A stretch of 64,000 nucleotides of DNA from an uncultured Acidobacteriota bacterium. Its GTDB lineage: Bacteria; Acidobacteriota; JAQAZP01. Position 1 is the stretch's first letter. Every line of letters starts with the position of its first letter. The position numbers and the translations under genes were made by a program. Shown here piece after piece: positions 7,886 to 17,151 of the stretch. The stretch spans positions 448,001-512,000 of the forward strand of contig CAWIIB010000009.1 of NCBI GenBank assembly GCA_963836075.1, written 5' to 3'. The notes beneath the pieces are model-generated. The model was not told the origin of the DNA, searched no databases, and saw nothing but the letters and a program-made list of their open reading frames with translations.

Positions 7886-10477
7886 ATGGGTATACGATCA
7901 CGGTTGGGCATCTGCTTTCACCTGCTGGCGATGGCGCTTGCGTTGTCCACCTCGGCGGAGGCAAGGCTGTTCGATGCGGCGATCGCCTTACCGGTCGAAA
8001 GCCGAGCGTTTGCTGTCGATGACCTGGATGGGGACGGGATTCAGGATCTTGCGGTGTTCCGTGAATGGACATATGACGAGGAACTTGTCGGGATTTGTTT
8101 CGGCCGGGGCGACGGCACATTTCAATATCCCGTGGATTATTCCATCGGCGAAGCAGGGCCCATCTCTGGAACTTCGATGATCACCGATGACCTGGACCAG
8201 GACGGTGACTCTGATGTGGCCGTCGTGACATACCGCGTATACGACACGAGGAGCAATATCTGGGTGCTGCTGAACAACGGCGACGGCACTTTTGCCGTTG
8301 CCGGTCACTACCGGCTTTTCACTGAAGCCAGGATGGTGAAATCCCTCGACCTCGACGGCGACGGACATCGTGACCTTGCGTTGGCCCACTCGGATGGCGG
8401 TGCGTCGGGGCAGGAAGGGCGGCTGTCGGTCCTCTTTGGCCGGGGAGATGGTACTTTTAAGAAGGCCATAGCTTACGACCTCGATTTCGAAGCATTGAAC
8501 TTTGCCGTTGGCGATTTCAACGGTGACGGTGCACAGGACCTCGTGCTCAATGAGTTCCATAACGACATGATCATGGTGCTGCTGGGCAATGGCGACGGCA
8601 CATTCCAAGGCGGTGTCGAGTACCAGGTGGGTGATCATCCCTGGGGCGTGGCTGCCGGCGACCTGAACGCTGACGGCTGGACTGACCTGGTCGCGGCCAA
8701 TCGAAGTGGCGACACGGTTTCAGTGCTGATCGGGCTTGGGGACGGGAGTTTTCTACCCGCCGAACATATTCCTGTTGCCGAGAACCCGTGGTCCATCGAA
8801 GTCTTCGATATCGACAATGATCAGATACCGGACCTGATCACAACGTGTAGCCATGAAAGCGGTGGTGATCTTTCGTTTTTAAAGGGCGAGGGTGATGGTA
8901 CATTCCAGGAAGGTGTGCTGGTGGAAACCGGTAGTTCAAATATCTCCTTTTGCGTTGCGGACTGTGACGGCGACGGCAATCCGGATTTTGTTGTGGACAA
9001 CAATGTTTTTCTTGTCGGTGGAGACGTGTCTGTCATCCTGGGCCATGGTGACGGCACTTTCGCTACAGCGTCTTCCAACAATGCATTTCCGGGTCACTGT
9101 ACAGGCGATGTCGGTGACGTGAATGCCGACGGCAATCCCGACGTGGTCCTTCCGGCTGAAGACGTGGGCAAGGTAGATTACCAGATCATTGTTTTGCTGG
9201 GCAGGGGGGACGGGACATTCGGCAGCAAAGTCGGTTCCGTGGCCGGCAATGGGTTCAGTTCATTGGTCGTCGAAGATTTTAATCGAGACGGTTATTCCGA
9301 CATTGTTGCGTGCTTCAGGTACGATCCCTACCTAACGGTTCTGCTGGGCCAGCGCGACGGCCGAGTACAGGAGATCGCGGAAATCGAGATTCCTGACGAG
9401 CCGCTATCCCCGATCATCACCGATGATCTGGACGTTGACGGCAACTTCGATCTGATCGTGCGGACGTATTCCGATTACTTTGTACTCCTGGGCCATGGAG
9501 ACGGATCCTTTGAGCCGGCATCGGCGCTGGGGTTGGGTACATATAGGGGAACTTGCGATTTTGGCGACCTGAACCATGATGGAAACCCTGACCTGGTCCT
9601 GGTCAATCACAGTGGCGACAGCGTTTCGGTGATGATGGGGCACGGCGACGGCACGTTCGCCGATGAAGCGAACTACAGCGTGTTTGCTCCTGAATCCGTG
9701 GCCATCGGCGATCTGGATGAAGACGGGAACCCCGATCTGGCCGTGTCATGTGAATACACGACCCTGGGGTTCTTGGTTGGTAACGGAGACGGTTCGTTCC
9801 AGGACGCGGTGGAACTGGAATATCCCGACGTTGCGAACCCGGAGATGATCGATCACGTCGGTGATGTTGATCTTGATGGACACCTCGATCTGGTAATTCG
9901 CTGCTCCAATTGGGTCGCGGTTCTGCTGGGCGACGGGGACGGCTCGTTCCGGCCATTTGTATATGGCATAGAGAATAGTGACACTGTCGAGTCCATGGCC
10001 ATGATTGATCTGGATAATGACGATGATCTCGACCTGGTTGTTTCACGAGGATGTTCTTCCTGGAAGATCTCGGTGCTGATCAACAATACGATGAGCCGGA
10101 CCATCAACGGCGACTACACGATATCTCCGCTTGCCGGTACGCTGCCCTTCGAGACGAGCCACCAGGTCTACCTGAGAAACATGCTCCATGGCCGCGATGC
10201 GACACATACCCGCACGGCATCGGTGGCCATCGACGTCGAGATCGGCAGCGGCGCCTGGTTCAGCAACTGGCGGGCGGGGTACACCAATCTGTCGCCGAAC
10301 GAGGTCCTCTTCCGGAACTGGCCCAACCAGTTCCCTGCCGGCCCCACCCTTGTGGGCACGAACAGTTTCCATTTCCGGGTGATGGACACCACGCCGGCGC
10401 CATACAACCAGCCGCCCTACCCGCCGTCCGGGGATGCGGCGACACGGGTGAGGACGGTTATCGCGACAATACCCTGA
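7886..10477 (+). CDS. Secreted FG-GAP/VCBS-repeat protein with a distinct ~130-aa C-terminal domain
   Basis: Signal peptide, about 13 repeats of D(L/F)xxDGxxD(L/I)...V.LG.GDG(T/S)F, then a non-repeat tail ending TPAPYNQPPYPPSGD. Confidence 0.93.
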   Translation: MGIRSRLGICFHLLAMALALSTSAEARLFDAAIALPVESRAFAVDDLDGDGIQDLAVFREWTYDEELVGICFGRGDGTFQYPVDYSIGEAGPISGTSMITDDLDQDGDSDVAVVTYRVYDTRSNIWVLLNNGDGTFAVAGHYRLFTEARMVKSLDLDGDGHRDLALAHSDGGASGQEGRLSVLFGRGDGTFKKAIAYDLDFEALNFAVGDFNGDGAQDLVLNEFHNDMIMVLLGNGDGTFQGGVEYQVGDHPWGVAAGDLNADGWTDLVAANRSGDTVSVLIGLGDGSFLPAEHIPVAENPWSIEVFDIDNDQIPDLITTCSHESGGDLSFLKGEGDGTFQEGVLVETGSSNISFCVADCDGDGNPDFVVDNNVFLVGGDVSVILGHGDGTFATASSNNAFPGHCTGDVGDVNADGNPDVVLPAEDVGKVDYQIIVLLGRGDGTFGSKVGSVAGNGFSSLVVEDFNRDGYSDIVACFRYDPYLTVLLGQRDGRVQEIAEIEIPDEPLSPIITDDLDVDGNFDLIVRTYSDYFVLLGHGDGSFEPASALGLGTYRGTCDFGDLNHDGNPDLVLVNHSGDSVSVMMGHGDGTFADEANYSVFAPESVAIGDLDEDGNPDLAVSCEYTTLGFLVGNGDGSFQDAVELEYPDVANPEMIDHVGDVDLDGHLDLVIRCSNWVAVLLGDGDGSFRPFVYGIENSDTVESMAMIDLDNDDDLDLVVSRGCSSWKISVLINNTMSRTINGDYTISPLAGTLPFETSHQVYLRNMLHGRDATHTRTASVAIDVEIGSGAWFSNWRAGYTNLSPNEVLFRNWPNQFPAGPTLVGTNSFHFRVMDTTPAPYNQPPYPPSGDAATRVRTVIATIP

Positions 10478-10513
10478 AGGCTGTGGGAGGGGCAGGCACC
10501 TGGCTGCTAGGAT

Positions 10514-10555
10514 AAAAATGGGGACGGGCACCAAGGCATGCCAGTCCCCATTTTT
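10514..10555. repeat. REP-like palindrome, copy 2 (inverted relative to copy 1)
   Basis: Perfect 12-bp arms. A related shorter hairpin AGGTGAC..GTCACCT follows at 10572-10594. Confidence 0.9.
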
Positions 10556-10589
10556 TCCCGTTCGCATCAAGAGGTGACAGGGTGCCAGT

Positions 10590-10697
10590 CACCTTTTCCT
10601 TCTTCTTCTCCCTCAGCGACTTCAGTATCTTCTCCGGGGTGATCGGCAGGTCCTTGATCCAGACGCCGGTGGCTCCCGCGATGGCGTGAGCCACCGA
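10590..10697 (-). pseudogene. C-terminal remnant of a xanthine dehydrogenase/aldehyde oxidoreductase molybdopterin-binding subunit
   Basis: VAHAIAGATGVWIKDLPITPEKILKSL matches the family's terminal motif A(I/V)ANAIxxAxGVxxxxLPITPEK(I/V)LxAL. Confidence 0.8.
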
Positions 10698-10760
10698 CCC
10701 AGGATGGGCAGGTGTTAGACGTGCCTTCCGGGTGACGATTTCGTCAACCGCGGTTTCCAG

Positions 10761-10976
10761 CTACTTGGCGATGGTGAGTCCCCGCCCCTTTGGTTCCGGG
10801 ACGGGCCTACCGTTCTGATTGGCGGTATCGATCCAGGGCGCTACGGCCTTTTTGGCATTCCCCAAAGCTTCCTCCTGGGTCTCACCATGAGCCGCACAAC
10901 CGGGAAGTTCGGGCACTTCCGCCACGAAACAGCGGTCCTCGATACTCCAGAAGATGTTGATCTCGTACTTGTTCAT
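10761..10976 (-). CDS. hicB: HicB-family antitoxin (short form)
   Basis: KYEINIFWS.ED..FVAEVPELPGC.AHGET.EEAL.N......WI......GRPVPEPKGR. Confidence 0.93.
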   Translation of the reverse strand: MNKYEINIFWSIEDRCFVAEVPELPGCAAHGETQEEALGNAKKAVAPWIDTANQNGRPVPEPKGRGLTIAK

Positions 10977-11233
10977 CGGGGATCCTCGTCGAGGTTGTAC
11001 TTGAGGATGACCATTCGAACCTGCTTGACCTGATACGGTTTAGCGTTACCGCCGGTTGCCTGAAGATTGATCAGTTCCTCGATGCCTTCTCTCCAGAAGA
11101 TGTGGTGGCTGCCCCTGCTCCTGGAACGAAAACCAAGGCGTTTCAGGAGGGAGCAGATGTCTTTGAATCTTATGGACGAGTCGGTCCGCTCCGGCCGCCG
11201 GGGCCGGCAGATGCTCTTCGTCTCCTGGCCCAT
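10973..11233 (-). CDS. hicA: HicA-family toxin; N-terminus atypical or possibly damaged
   Basis: IRF.D...LL..LGF....RGSHHIF...G..E.INLQ..GG.AKPYQVKQVR; ATGA overlap with hicB. Confidence 0.85.
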   Translation of the reverse strand: MGQETKSICRPRRPERTDSSIRFKDICSLLKRLGFRSRSRGSHHIFWREGIEELINLQATGGNAKPYQVKQVRMVILKYNLDEDPR

Positions 11234-11336
11234 GCAGGCCAGGCTGAGCAAGATCAGGGCCGGATGGCGGAAGTGTCAATCTGCCGGGTTTTCTGACCGC
11301 AGTTGGAAACCGGGGTTGTCGTCGATGATATACGTT

Positions 11337-13073
11337 TTACGCCCCCCGCAGCCGCTCCGTCTCTTCCTCGTCAAGCTGGAGGGTCTTCTCGTCCAGCACC
11401 ACGCCGTAGGCTTCGCGGGCCTGGTCGAGGGAGATGATGCCGTCGCGTACCTCCTCGGCCACCCTGGCTGCCGGGCGCTTCTTCGGGTCGCCCCAGCCAC
11501 CACCGCCGCCGGCTTCCTGCACATACAGCGTGCCGGGGGGCACCCCGCGCACCAGGTCCTTGGTGGTGCAGGTGTAGACCTCGCCGTCCGGCTCGTGCAG
11601 CTCGATGTAATTGAGCGTGCCCTCGCCGCCGCCAAAGAGGCCGAAGGCCGGCTCGATGTCGCCGTCGCCAAAGGTCACCAGCTGCACCGGCCCGCCGCCG
11701 AAGCGGATGCGGGTCTCCACGCCGAGGCCGCCGCGCCACTGGCCGGGGCCGGCCGAGTCGGTGAGCAGCTCGTGCTTCTCCAGCAGGTGCGGCGTCTGCT
11801 GCTCGAACATCTCGTAGTCCTGGTCCAGCACGCCGCCCGAGGCGTCGATCATGCCGATGTGGTCGTAGCCGTCGGTGCCCTTCATCGCCCCCGAGCCGCC
11901 CTTGAGGCCCATGAAGCAGATGTCGACGTAGGTGTCGTTCTTCCGGGTGTCGAGACCGGTGGTCAGCGAACAGAGCAGCTGGTTCCAGCCGGCGGTGACC
12001 CGGTCGGGGATCACCGGGGCCAGGGCGCGCATGATGGCGTCGGCGTTGGGCGGGCAGAGGTGGTTGCCGAAGGTGGTGGCCGCCGGGTACGCGGCATTGA
12101 GGATCGTCCCCTCGGGGATGATTATGGAGATCGGCTCCACCATCCCCTCGTTGTGCGGGATGTCGGGGTTGACCATCTGCAGGAAGGTGAGGATGGTGGC
12201 CGAGGCCGAGGAGGTGTAGGTGCCGTTGACGAAGCCGTCGGTCTGGGGGTCGGTGCCCGAATAGTCGAAGACGATGGAGCGGTCCTTGACCTCGATGGTG
12301 ACCTTGATCTGGTAGGTGCTGCCCGGGGTTCGGCCGTCGAAGTAAACGGTGGCCTCGCCGGAGTATTTGCCGTTGGGGATCCGCTCGATCTCGGCTTCCA
12401 TCATCTTCTTTGTGGAGGCGAAGATGTGCTGTTTGTGGGCCTCGAAGGTCTCCAGGCCGTATTTCTGCACCAGTTTCTGCAGCCGCCGCTCACCCACCAC
12501 GCAGGCGCCGATCTCGGCCCGCATGTCCTCCTCGACGATGTCGAGACGGATGTTGGCGAAGATCAGGTTCCAGACGTCCTTGCGCAGCCACCCCTTCTCG
12601 TAGACCTTCACCGGCGGGATTCTGAGCGCCTCCTGCCAGACCTCGGTGGCGTTGGGGTTGTAGCCGCCTCGTACCGCGCCGCCGATGTCGGCCTGGTGGC
12701 CCTTGGTGGCCGCCCAGCCGATCAGCGTCTCCTCGAGAAAGATCGGCTTGAACACCGCCACGTCGTTGTTCTGGTTGCCGAGGGAGAAGACGTCGTTGTG
12801 CATGATCACGTCACCGGGATAGATCTCGTCGCCGTAGTAATCGATGATGTACTTGCAGACCGGGGCCAGGGAGAAGGAGAGGATCGGCAGGTTCTCGGTC
12901 TGCTCCAGCATCCGGCCCTCGGCATCGTAGAGGCCGGTGACAAAGTCCCGGGCCTCGCAGAGGATCGGCGAACGGGTGGTCTTGGTCATCGAAACCGACA
13001 TCTCGTCGGTGATCGACTTGAAGGCCCGGGTGAGCACCGAGGCGAGGATGGGGTCGATGTTAGCTTCAGCCAT
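11337..13073 (-). CDS. hyuB: Hydantoinase B/oxoprolinase family protein
   Basis: DPI...V.....SI..EM....RSPI..EARDF, PGDV..HND, HQADIGG, QEALRIPP, DSAGPG..RGGLG, GGGGGWGDP..R; substrate unknown. Confidence 0.93.
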   Translation of the reverse strand: MAEANIDPILASVLTRAFKSITDEMSVSMTKTTRSPILCEARDFVTGLYDAEGRMLEQTENLPILSFSLAPVCKYIIDYYGDEIYPGDVIMHNDVFSLGNQNNDVAVFKPIFLEETLIGWAATKGHQADIGGAVRGGYNPNATEVWQEALRIPPVKVYEKGWLRKDVWNLIFANIRLDIVEEDMRAEIGACVVGERRLQKLVQKYGLETFEAHKQHIFASTKKMMEAEIERIPNGKYSGEATVYFDGRTPGSTYQIKVTIEVKDRSIVFDYSGTDPQTDGFVNGTYTSSASATILTFLQMVNPDIPHNEGMVEPISIIIPEGTILNAAYPAATTFGNHLCPPNADAIMRALAPVIPDRVTAGWNQLLCSLTTGLDTRKNDTYVDICFMGLKGGSGAMKGTDGYDHIGMIDASGGVLDQDYEMFEQQTPHLLEKHELLTDSAGPGQWRGGLGVETRIRFGGGPVQLVTFGDGDIEPAFGLFGGGEGTLNYIELHEPDGEVYTCTTKDLVRGVPPGTLYVQEAGGGGGWGDPKKRPAARVAEEVRDGIISLDQAREAYGVVLDEKTLQLDEEETERLRGA

Positions 13074-13081
13074 GACGACTC

Positions 13082-15190
13082 CTACTCCAGCAGGTTGCGC
13101 ACCGTCTCCGGCAGCGCGTCGATTCGGTCGCGGAGATAGGTGACAAATGCACCGTGCAGGTCCACCACCGCGTCGAAGTCCCCGGAGATGAAGAGCGTGG
13201 TGTTCACCTGTTCCACCAGCGCCGGCCCGGCGATGCGGTTGCCCGGCTCGAGGGTGTGGCCGTCGTAGACCGGGATCTCGGCAAACTCGCCGGTCTCGGG
13301 GACGTAGGCCCGCCGCGTGCCCTTTAGCGAGGCCGAGGAGTCGGCCCCGGCCGCTTCGCCGGCGATGGAGCGGGGCTTGTCGGTGATCCCCACCGCCGAC
13401 AGCCTGACATTGATCAGCTCCAGCGGCGTGCCCTCCTCTTCCAGCGAGTAGCCGTATAGCCGGTCATGCTCAGCGTGGAAGCGGGAGGCGATGGCTTTCA
13501 TCCTCGGGGACTGGGTCACTTCGTCAAGTTTGGCCGGCAGGGTTACCTCGTGATACTGCTTGAGGTAGCGCAGGTCGAGGGCCGGCTCCAGTCTGACCCG
13601 GTCGGCGGGGATCCCCTCCCCTGCCAGTACCCGCTGCCCCTCGGCCGCCATCTCGTCCACCAGTGAAACCAGGCGGTCCGGGTCCAGCTGGTCCCAGCGG
13701 GAGATCAGGCTGCGCACGTAGTCGTGTTTGAGGTCGGTGGCCAGCATCCCGGCGGCGCAGAAGATCGACGACTCCCGGGGAACGAGGAAGAAGGGGATCT
13801 CCAGCTCGCGGCAGATCAGACAGGCGTGGAGCGGCCCGGCCCCGCCGGCCACCACCACCGGGAAGTCCCGCGGGTCGTGGCCCCGCTTGATGGTCACTTC
13901 GCGGACGCCGTTGGCCATGTTGTTGTTGATCACCCGGTAGACCCCGGCAGCCGCGTCCTCCTCGCTGCCCCCCAGCGGGCCGGAGAGGGAGGACATGGCC
14001 TGGCGGGCCGAGTCGATGTTCAGCGGCAGCTTGCCCCCGGCAAAGAAGTCCGGGTCGAGGTAGCCCAGCAGCAGGTCGGCATCGGTGCAGGTGGGCCGGT
14101 CCCCGCCGCGGCCGTAACAGGCCGGGCCGGGGTCTGCTCCGGCGCTCTGTGGGCCCACCCGCAGCAGACCGCCCTCGTCGAGCCAGCCCACCGAGCCGCC
14201 CCCGGCGCCGATGGTGACGATGCCCAGCATGGGCAGGGCCAGGCGGCGGCGGTCGATCTCGCCGTCGGTGACCGTGATCGGTTTGCCGTCCAGCACCAGC
14301 GCGGTGTCGAAGGAGGTGCCGCCCATGTCCACGGTGATCGAGTCGGCCAGGCCGTGCACCGCCACGTGGGCCGCCCCGGCGCCCGGTCCGGCGGCCGGTC
14401 CGGAGAGCAGGGTCATGGCCGCCAGGTCGCGGGCCGCCTCGGGCGTGGTCACCCCGCCGTTGGACTGCATGATCAGCAGCACACCGCGGAAGCCCTGCTC
14501 ACCAAGCCGCCGCAGCAGGGCCTCGATGTAGCGTTTGAGGATCGGCCCGGCATAGGCGTTGAGCACGGTGGTACTCACCCGGTCATAGAAGCGGACCGCC
14601 GGCAGGACCCTGGTCGATACCGAGAGGTAGGCGCCGGGGTGCTCCTCGGCGGCGATCTCGGCCGCCCGCTGTTCGTGGGCCGGGTTGGCAAAGGCGTTCA
14701 TCAGGCAGACGGCCAGCGCCTCCACCCCGTCGTCCCTGAGCAGCCGCACCGCGGCGGTGAGCCCCTCCACGTCCAGCTCGGTGAGCACCTCTCCCTGGGG
14801 CCCCACCCGCCCCTTCACCGGCAGGCGCCGGCGCCGGGGCACCAGCGGCTCCACATTGGTGTAGCGGTTGTTGTATTGCTCCTCGCGGATGCCGCGGCGC
14901 ATTTCCAGCGCGTCACGCACGCCCTCGGTGGTGATCAGCCCGGTACGGGCACCGTTGCCGGTGAGCACGGCGTTGGTGGTCACCGTGGTGCCGTGGACAA
15001 TGATGTCGATGGTGGGAACGAACGCTTCCAGGGTCATCCCCCGGGCTCCGGCGATCTCCTCGAGACCGTTAATCAGCCCGATGGAGGGGTCCTCGGGTGT
15101 GGAGAGCACCTTGAAAATGGCCGAACCGTCCCCCTCCTGCACCAGGAAATCGGTGAAGGTGCCTCCCACGTCGATACCGATTCGCAGCAT
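13082..15190 (-). CDS. hyuA: Hydantoinase A/oxoprolinase family ATP-binding subunit
   Basis: RIGIDVGGTFTD, HGTTV.TNA, LLSGPAAG, DMGGTSFD, IGAGGGS, GPQSAGADPGPACY, GPALVEQ..TT; GGAGGGAG RBS. Confidence 0.95.
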   Translation of the reverse strand: MLRIGIDVGGTFTDFLVQEGDGSAIFKVLSTPEDPSIGLINGLEEIAGARGMTLEAFVPTIDIIVHGTTVTTNAVLTGNGARTGLITTEGVRDALEMRRGIREEQYNNRYTNVEPLVPRRRRLPVKGRVGPQGEVLTELDVEGLTAAVRLLRDDGVEALAVCLMNAFANPAHEQRAAEIAAEEHPGAYLSVSTRVLPAVRFYDRVSTTVLNAYAGPILKRYIEALLRRLGEQGFRGVLLIMQSNGGVTTPEAARDLAAMTLLSGPAAGPGAGAAHVAVHGLADSITVDMGGTSFDTALVLDGKPITVTDGEIDRRRLALPMLGIVTIGAGGGSVGWLDEGGLLRVGPQSAGADPGPACYGRGGDRPTCTDADLLLGYLDPDFFAGGKLPLNIDSARQAMSSLSGPLGGSEEDAAAGVYRVINNNMANGVREVTIKRGHDPRDFPVVVAGGAGPLHACLICRELEIPFFLVPRESSIFCAAGMLATDLKHDYVRSLISRWDQLDPDRLVSLVDEMAAEGQRVLAGEGIPADRVRLEPALDLRYLKQYHEVTLPAKLDEVTQSPRMKAIASRFHAEHDRLYGYSLEEEGTPLELINVRLSAVGITDKPRSIAGEAAGADSSASLKGTRRAYVPETGEFAEIPVYDGHTLEPGNRIAGPALVEQVNTTLFISGDFDAVVDLHGAFVTYLRDRIDALPETVRNLLE

Positions 15191-15276
15191 CGTTCTCCCT
15201 CCGGTTCAGGCGGACGGCGGGTTTGATTTAAGGGGCGGAATGAACCGTCAGGTTACCGAACGGTTGTTCGACATTC

Positions 15277-15306
15277 ATTATAGATGGCGGTCGAGTGGGA
15301 TGGCAA
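15277..15306 (-). promoter_or_regulatory. Putative sigma70 promoter of the hydantoinase operon
   Basis: Minus strand TTGCCA-18 bp-TATAAT, about 90 bp upstream of the start codon. Confidence 0.5.
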
Positions 15307-15317
15307 GGTTTCCGGGG

Positions 15318-16127
15318 CTAGCGGGCCGTCATCTCGAACAGGACGTGGTCGCCGACCAGCTGGAGAGGCCAGCGGTGGGCCAGCAGGGACTCCGTCCGCG
15401 CGGCGAGGCGGAAGAGCCGTGGCCAGCGCTCGGCCAGGCCGTGGAGGTAGGGCGGCGGGACCAGCAGGCCCAGCGCCGTGCGGCGCTCCACCCGGAAGTG
15501 CGGGGAGAAAATCCGCGAGTAGCCGGCGGCGCTCTCGTAGCAGGTGTGCACCCCGTGCCCGTCGATCACGGCCACCACCCCGTCGCGGCGGTGGCGGCGG
15601 AAGGCGGTGGCGGGCTCGGACCGCAGCAGGTAGTAGAACTGCTCCCATGGGCAGGGCCGGGTCATCACGCAGGCGAGAAAGGGGGCCCCGGGGCGGAGCA
15701 GGCCGTGAAACCGTTCCACCAGTGCGGGCAGGTCGCGGACACAGTTCAGCGCGCCGAAGTTGGAGAGCAGGCCGTCGAACGGCGCGGCCCCGGACACCGC
15801 CTCCGGCAGCGGCCCGCTGCTCAGGTCGGCGCAGAGCAGCACCGGCGGGTGCTCGCAGGCCAGGGCCGTTGCCTTGGCCCTCGACGCCTCGACCATGGCC
15901 GGCGAGATGTCCACCGCGGTCAGCCGGTGGCCCTGCCCGGCCAGGCGGGCCATGTCGATCCCGGTGCCGCACCCCACTTCGAGAATGCTCGACGAGGGCG
16001 CGAAACAGGCATCCATCCGCTGCCAGGTGCGTTTGCGCATCCAGTGGCCCACGGGGTTGTCGCCGAAGTCCTCGTCGTAGTCCGGGGCCAGGCTGTCGAA
16101 GCCTTGCGCAGTGGACGTGGAGCTCAT
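15318..16127 (-). CDS. Class I SAM-dependent methyltransferase
   Basis: FD..A..YD, ILEVGCGTG.D, D.SP.M, FDG..SNFGALNC. True start taken at the ATGA overlap with the upstream gene. Confidence 0.9.
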   Translation of the reverse strand: MSSTSTAQGFDSLAPDYDEDFGDNPVGHWMRKRTWQRMDACFAPSSSILEVGCGTGIDMARLAGQGHRLTAVDISPAMVEASRAKATALACEHPPVLLCADLSSGPLPEAVSGAAPFDGLLSNFGALNCVRDLPALVERFHGLLRPGAPFLACVMTRPCPWEQFYYLLRSEPATAFRRHRRDGVVAVIDGHGVHTCYESAAGYSRIFSPHFRVERRTALGLLVPPPYLHGLAERWPRLFRLAARTESLLAHRWPLQLVGDHVLFEMTAR

Positions 16128-17113
16128 GAAGCGGGCCTCTGGACGCGCAGCTCGCGGAGGCGCTCCACCCGCTCCCTGATAGCCGTGCGGATCATCTCGC
16201 GGTGGTGCAGCCCGTGGAAACGCAGTTCCCGGCCTTCCCTGGCCGCGTCGAGCACGGCATGGGGCGGTTCGCCGCCGCACGCGCGATAGTGGGCGAAGAG
16301 CCGGCCAAAGAGCAGCCGCCGCATCAGCGCCTCCAGGCCGTCGCCCAGCCGGCCGCCGAAGACCAGCTCGAAGGTGCGGCTGAGCAGGCGCAGCACGACG
16401 TTGCGCTTCACCGGCTCCGCCTCCTCGCGGTGCGCGGTGCGCCGGAAGTTGGGGACAAAGTCGCTGACCCAGCCGTTGACCTCGAGAAAGCGTTCGAACA
16501 GCGCCGTGCCCATCAGGGGTATGGACTGGGTCACTTCCCGCGCATTGTAGAAATCGCGGGGGAGGATCTCCAGGTGGTCCTCGGTGATGTAGTAGTTGGG
16601 GCAGAGGGTCTGCACCGAGGTCAGGCGCTGGAACGTACCGAGGAAGAAAAAGACGGTCCACATCCGGTTGGGGGCGGTGAAGACGAGGAAGTCGGGGTCC
16701 CCGTCCTCGCCGGCGTTGTCCGTGGCCAGGGAACCGGTCACCGCCAGCGCCCGGATGAAGGGCACGTTGCCGATGAAGCGGGTGACCCGGCGTGCCCCGC
16801 GCCAGATCTCCCGGCTGTTCAGCAGTCGCTTGTGGCGCAGGTCGACGAGGGCTTCCCGGCCCGCGAGGTGGTAGAAGCCGTCGCGCGAGGCCGCCAGGCC
16901 GTCGGCCGGACCGCCGTCCCCGAGGCGGCGCGCCAGTTCCTCGCGGCTCAGCTCCAGCGGGCAGTAACGCCAGATCTCATCCAGGGTCAGGGGGTAGTCG
17001 AAGATGTCGCCGTAGAGAACCGGCTCGAGGTGCCTGATGTCCGGGTCGAGCAGGGAGGCCGGCGCTTCGACGAAAGGTCCGATCGACTGGCTGGTGTCAG
17101 ACGGCGTGGTCAT
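16124..17113 (-). CDS. Uncharacterised nucleotidyltransferase-fold protein with an N-terminal helical domain
   Basis: Y.DIFDYPLT..EI, then PFIR..AVTGS.A..N.....D.DF (GS..DxD polymerase-beta motif) and CPNY. Confidence 0.75.
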   Translation of the reverse strand: MTTPSDTSQSIGPFVEAPASLLDPDIRHLEPVLYGDIFDYPLTLDEIWRYCPLELSREELARRLGDGGPADGLAASRDGFYHLAGREALVDLRHKRLLNSREIWRGARRVTRFIGNVPFIRALAVTGSLATDNAGEDGDPDFLVFTAPNRMWTVFFFLGTFQRLTSVQTLCPNYYITEDHLEILPRDFYNAREVTQSIPLMGTALFERFLEVNGWVSDFVPNFRRTAHREEAEPVKRNVVLRLLSRTFELVFGGRLGDGLEALMRRLLFGRLFAHYRACGGEPPHAVLDAAREGRELRFHGLHHREMIRTAIRERVERLRELRVQRPAS

Positions 17114-17151
17114 GGCATTCACCCGAATCGTGGCCGGTCCACAGTCAATGA

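Noticed and set aside
11067-15226. Long antisense ORFs (e.g. 11067-13139, 13724-15226; also 55876-57561)
   Set aside because: Shadows of high-GC genes on the opposite strand, with no motifs of their own.
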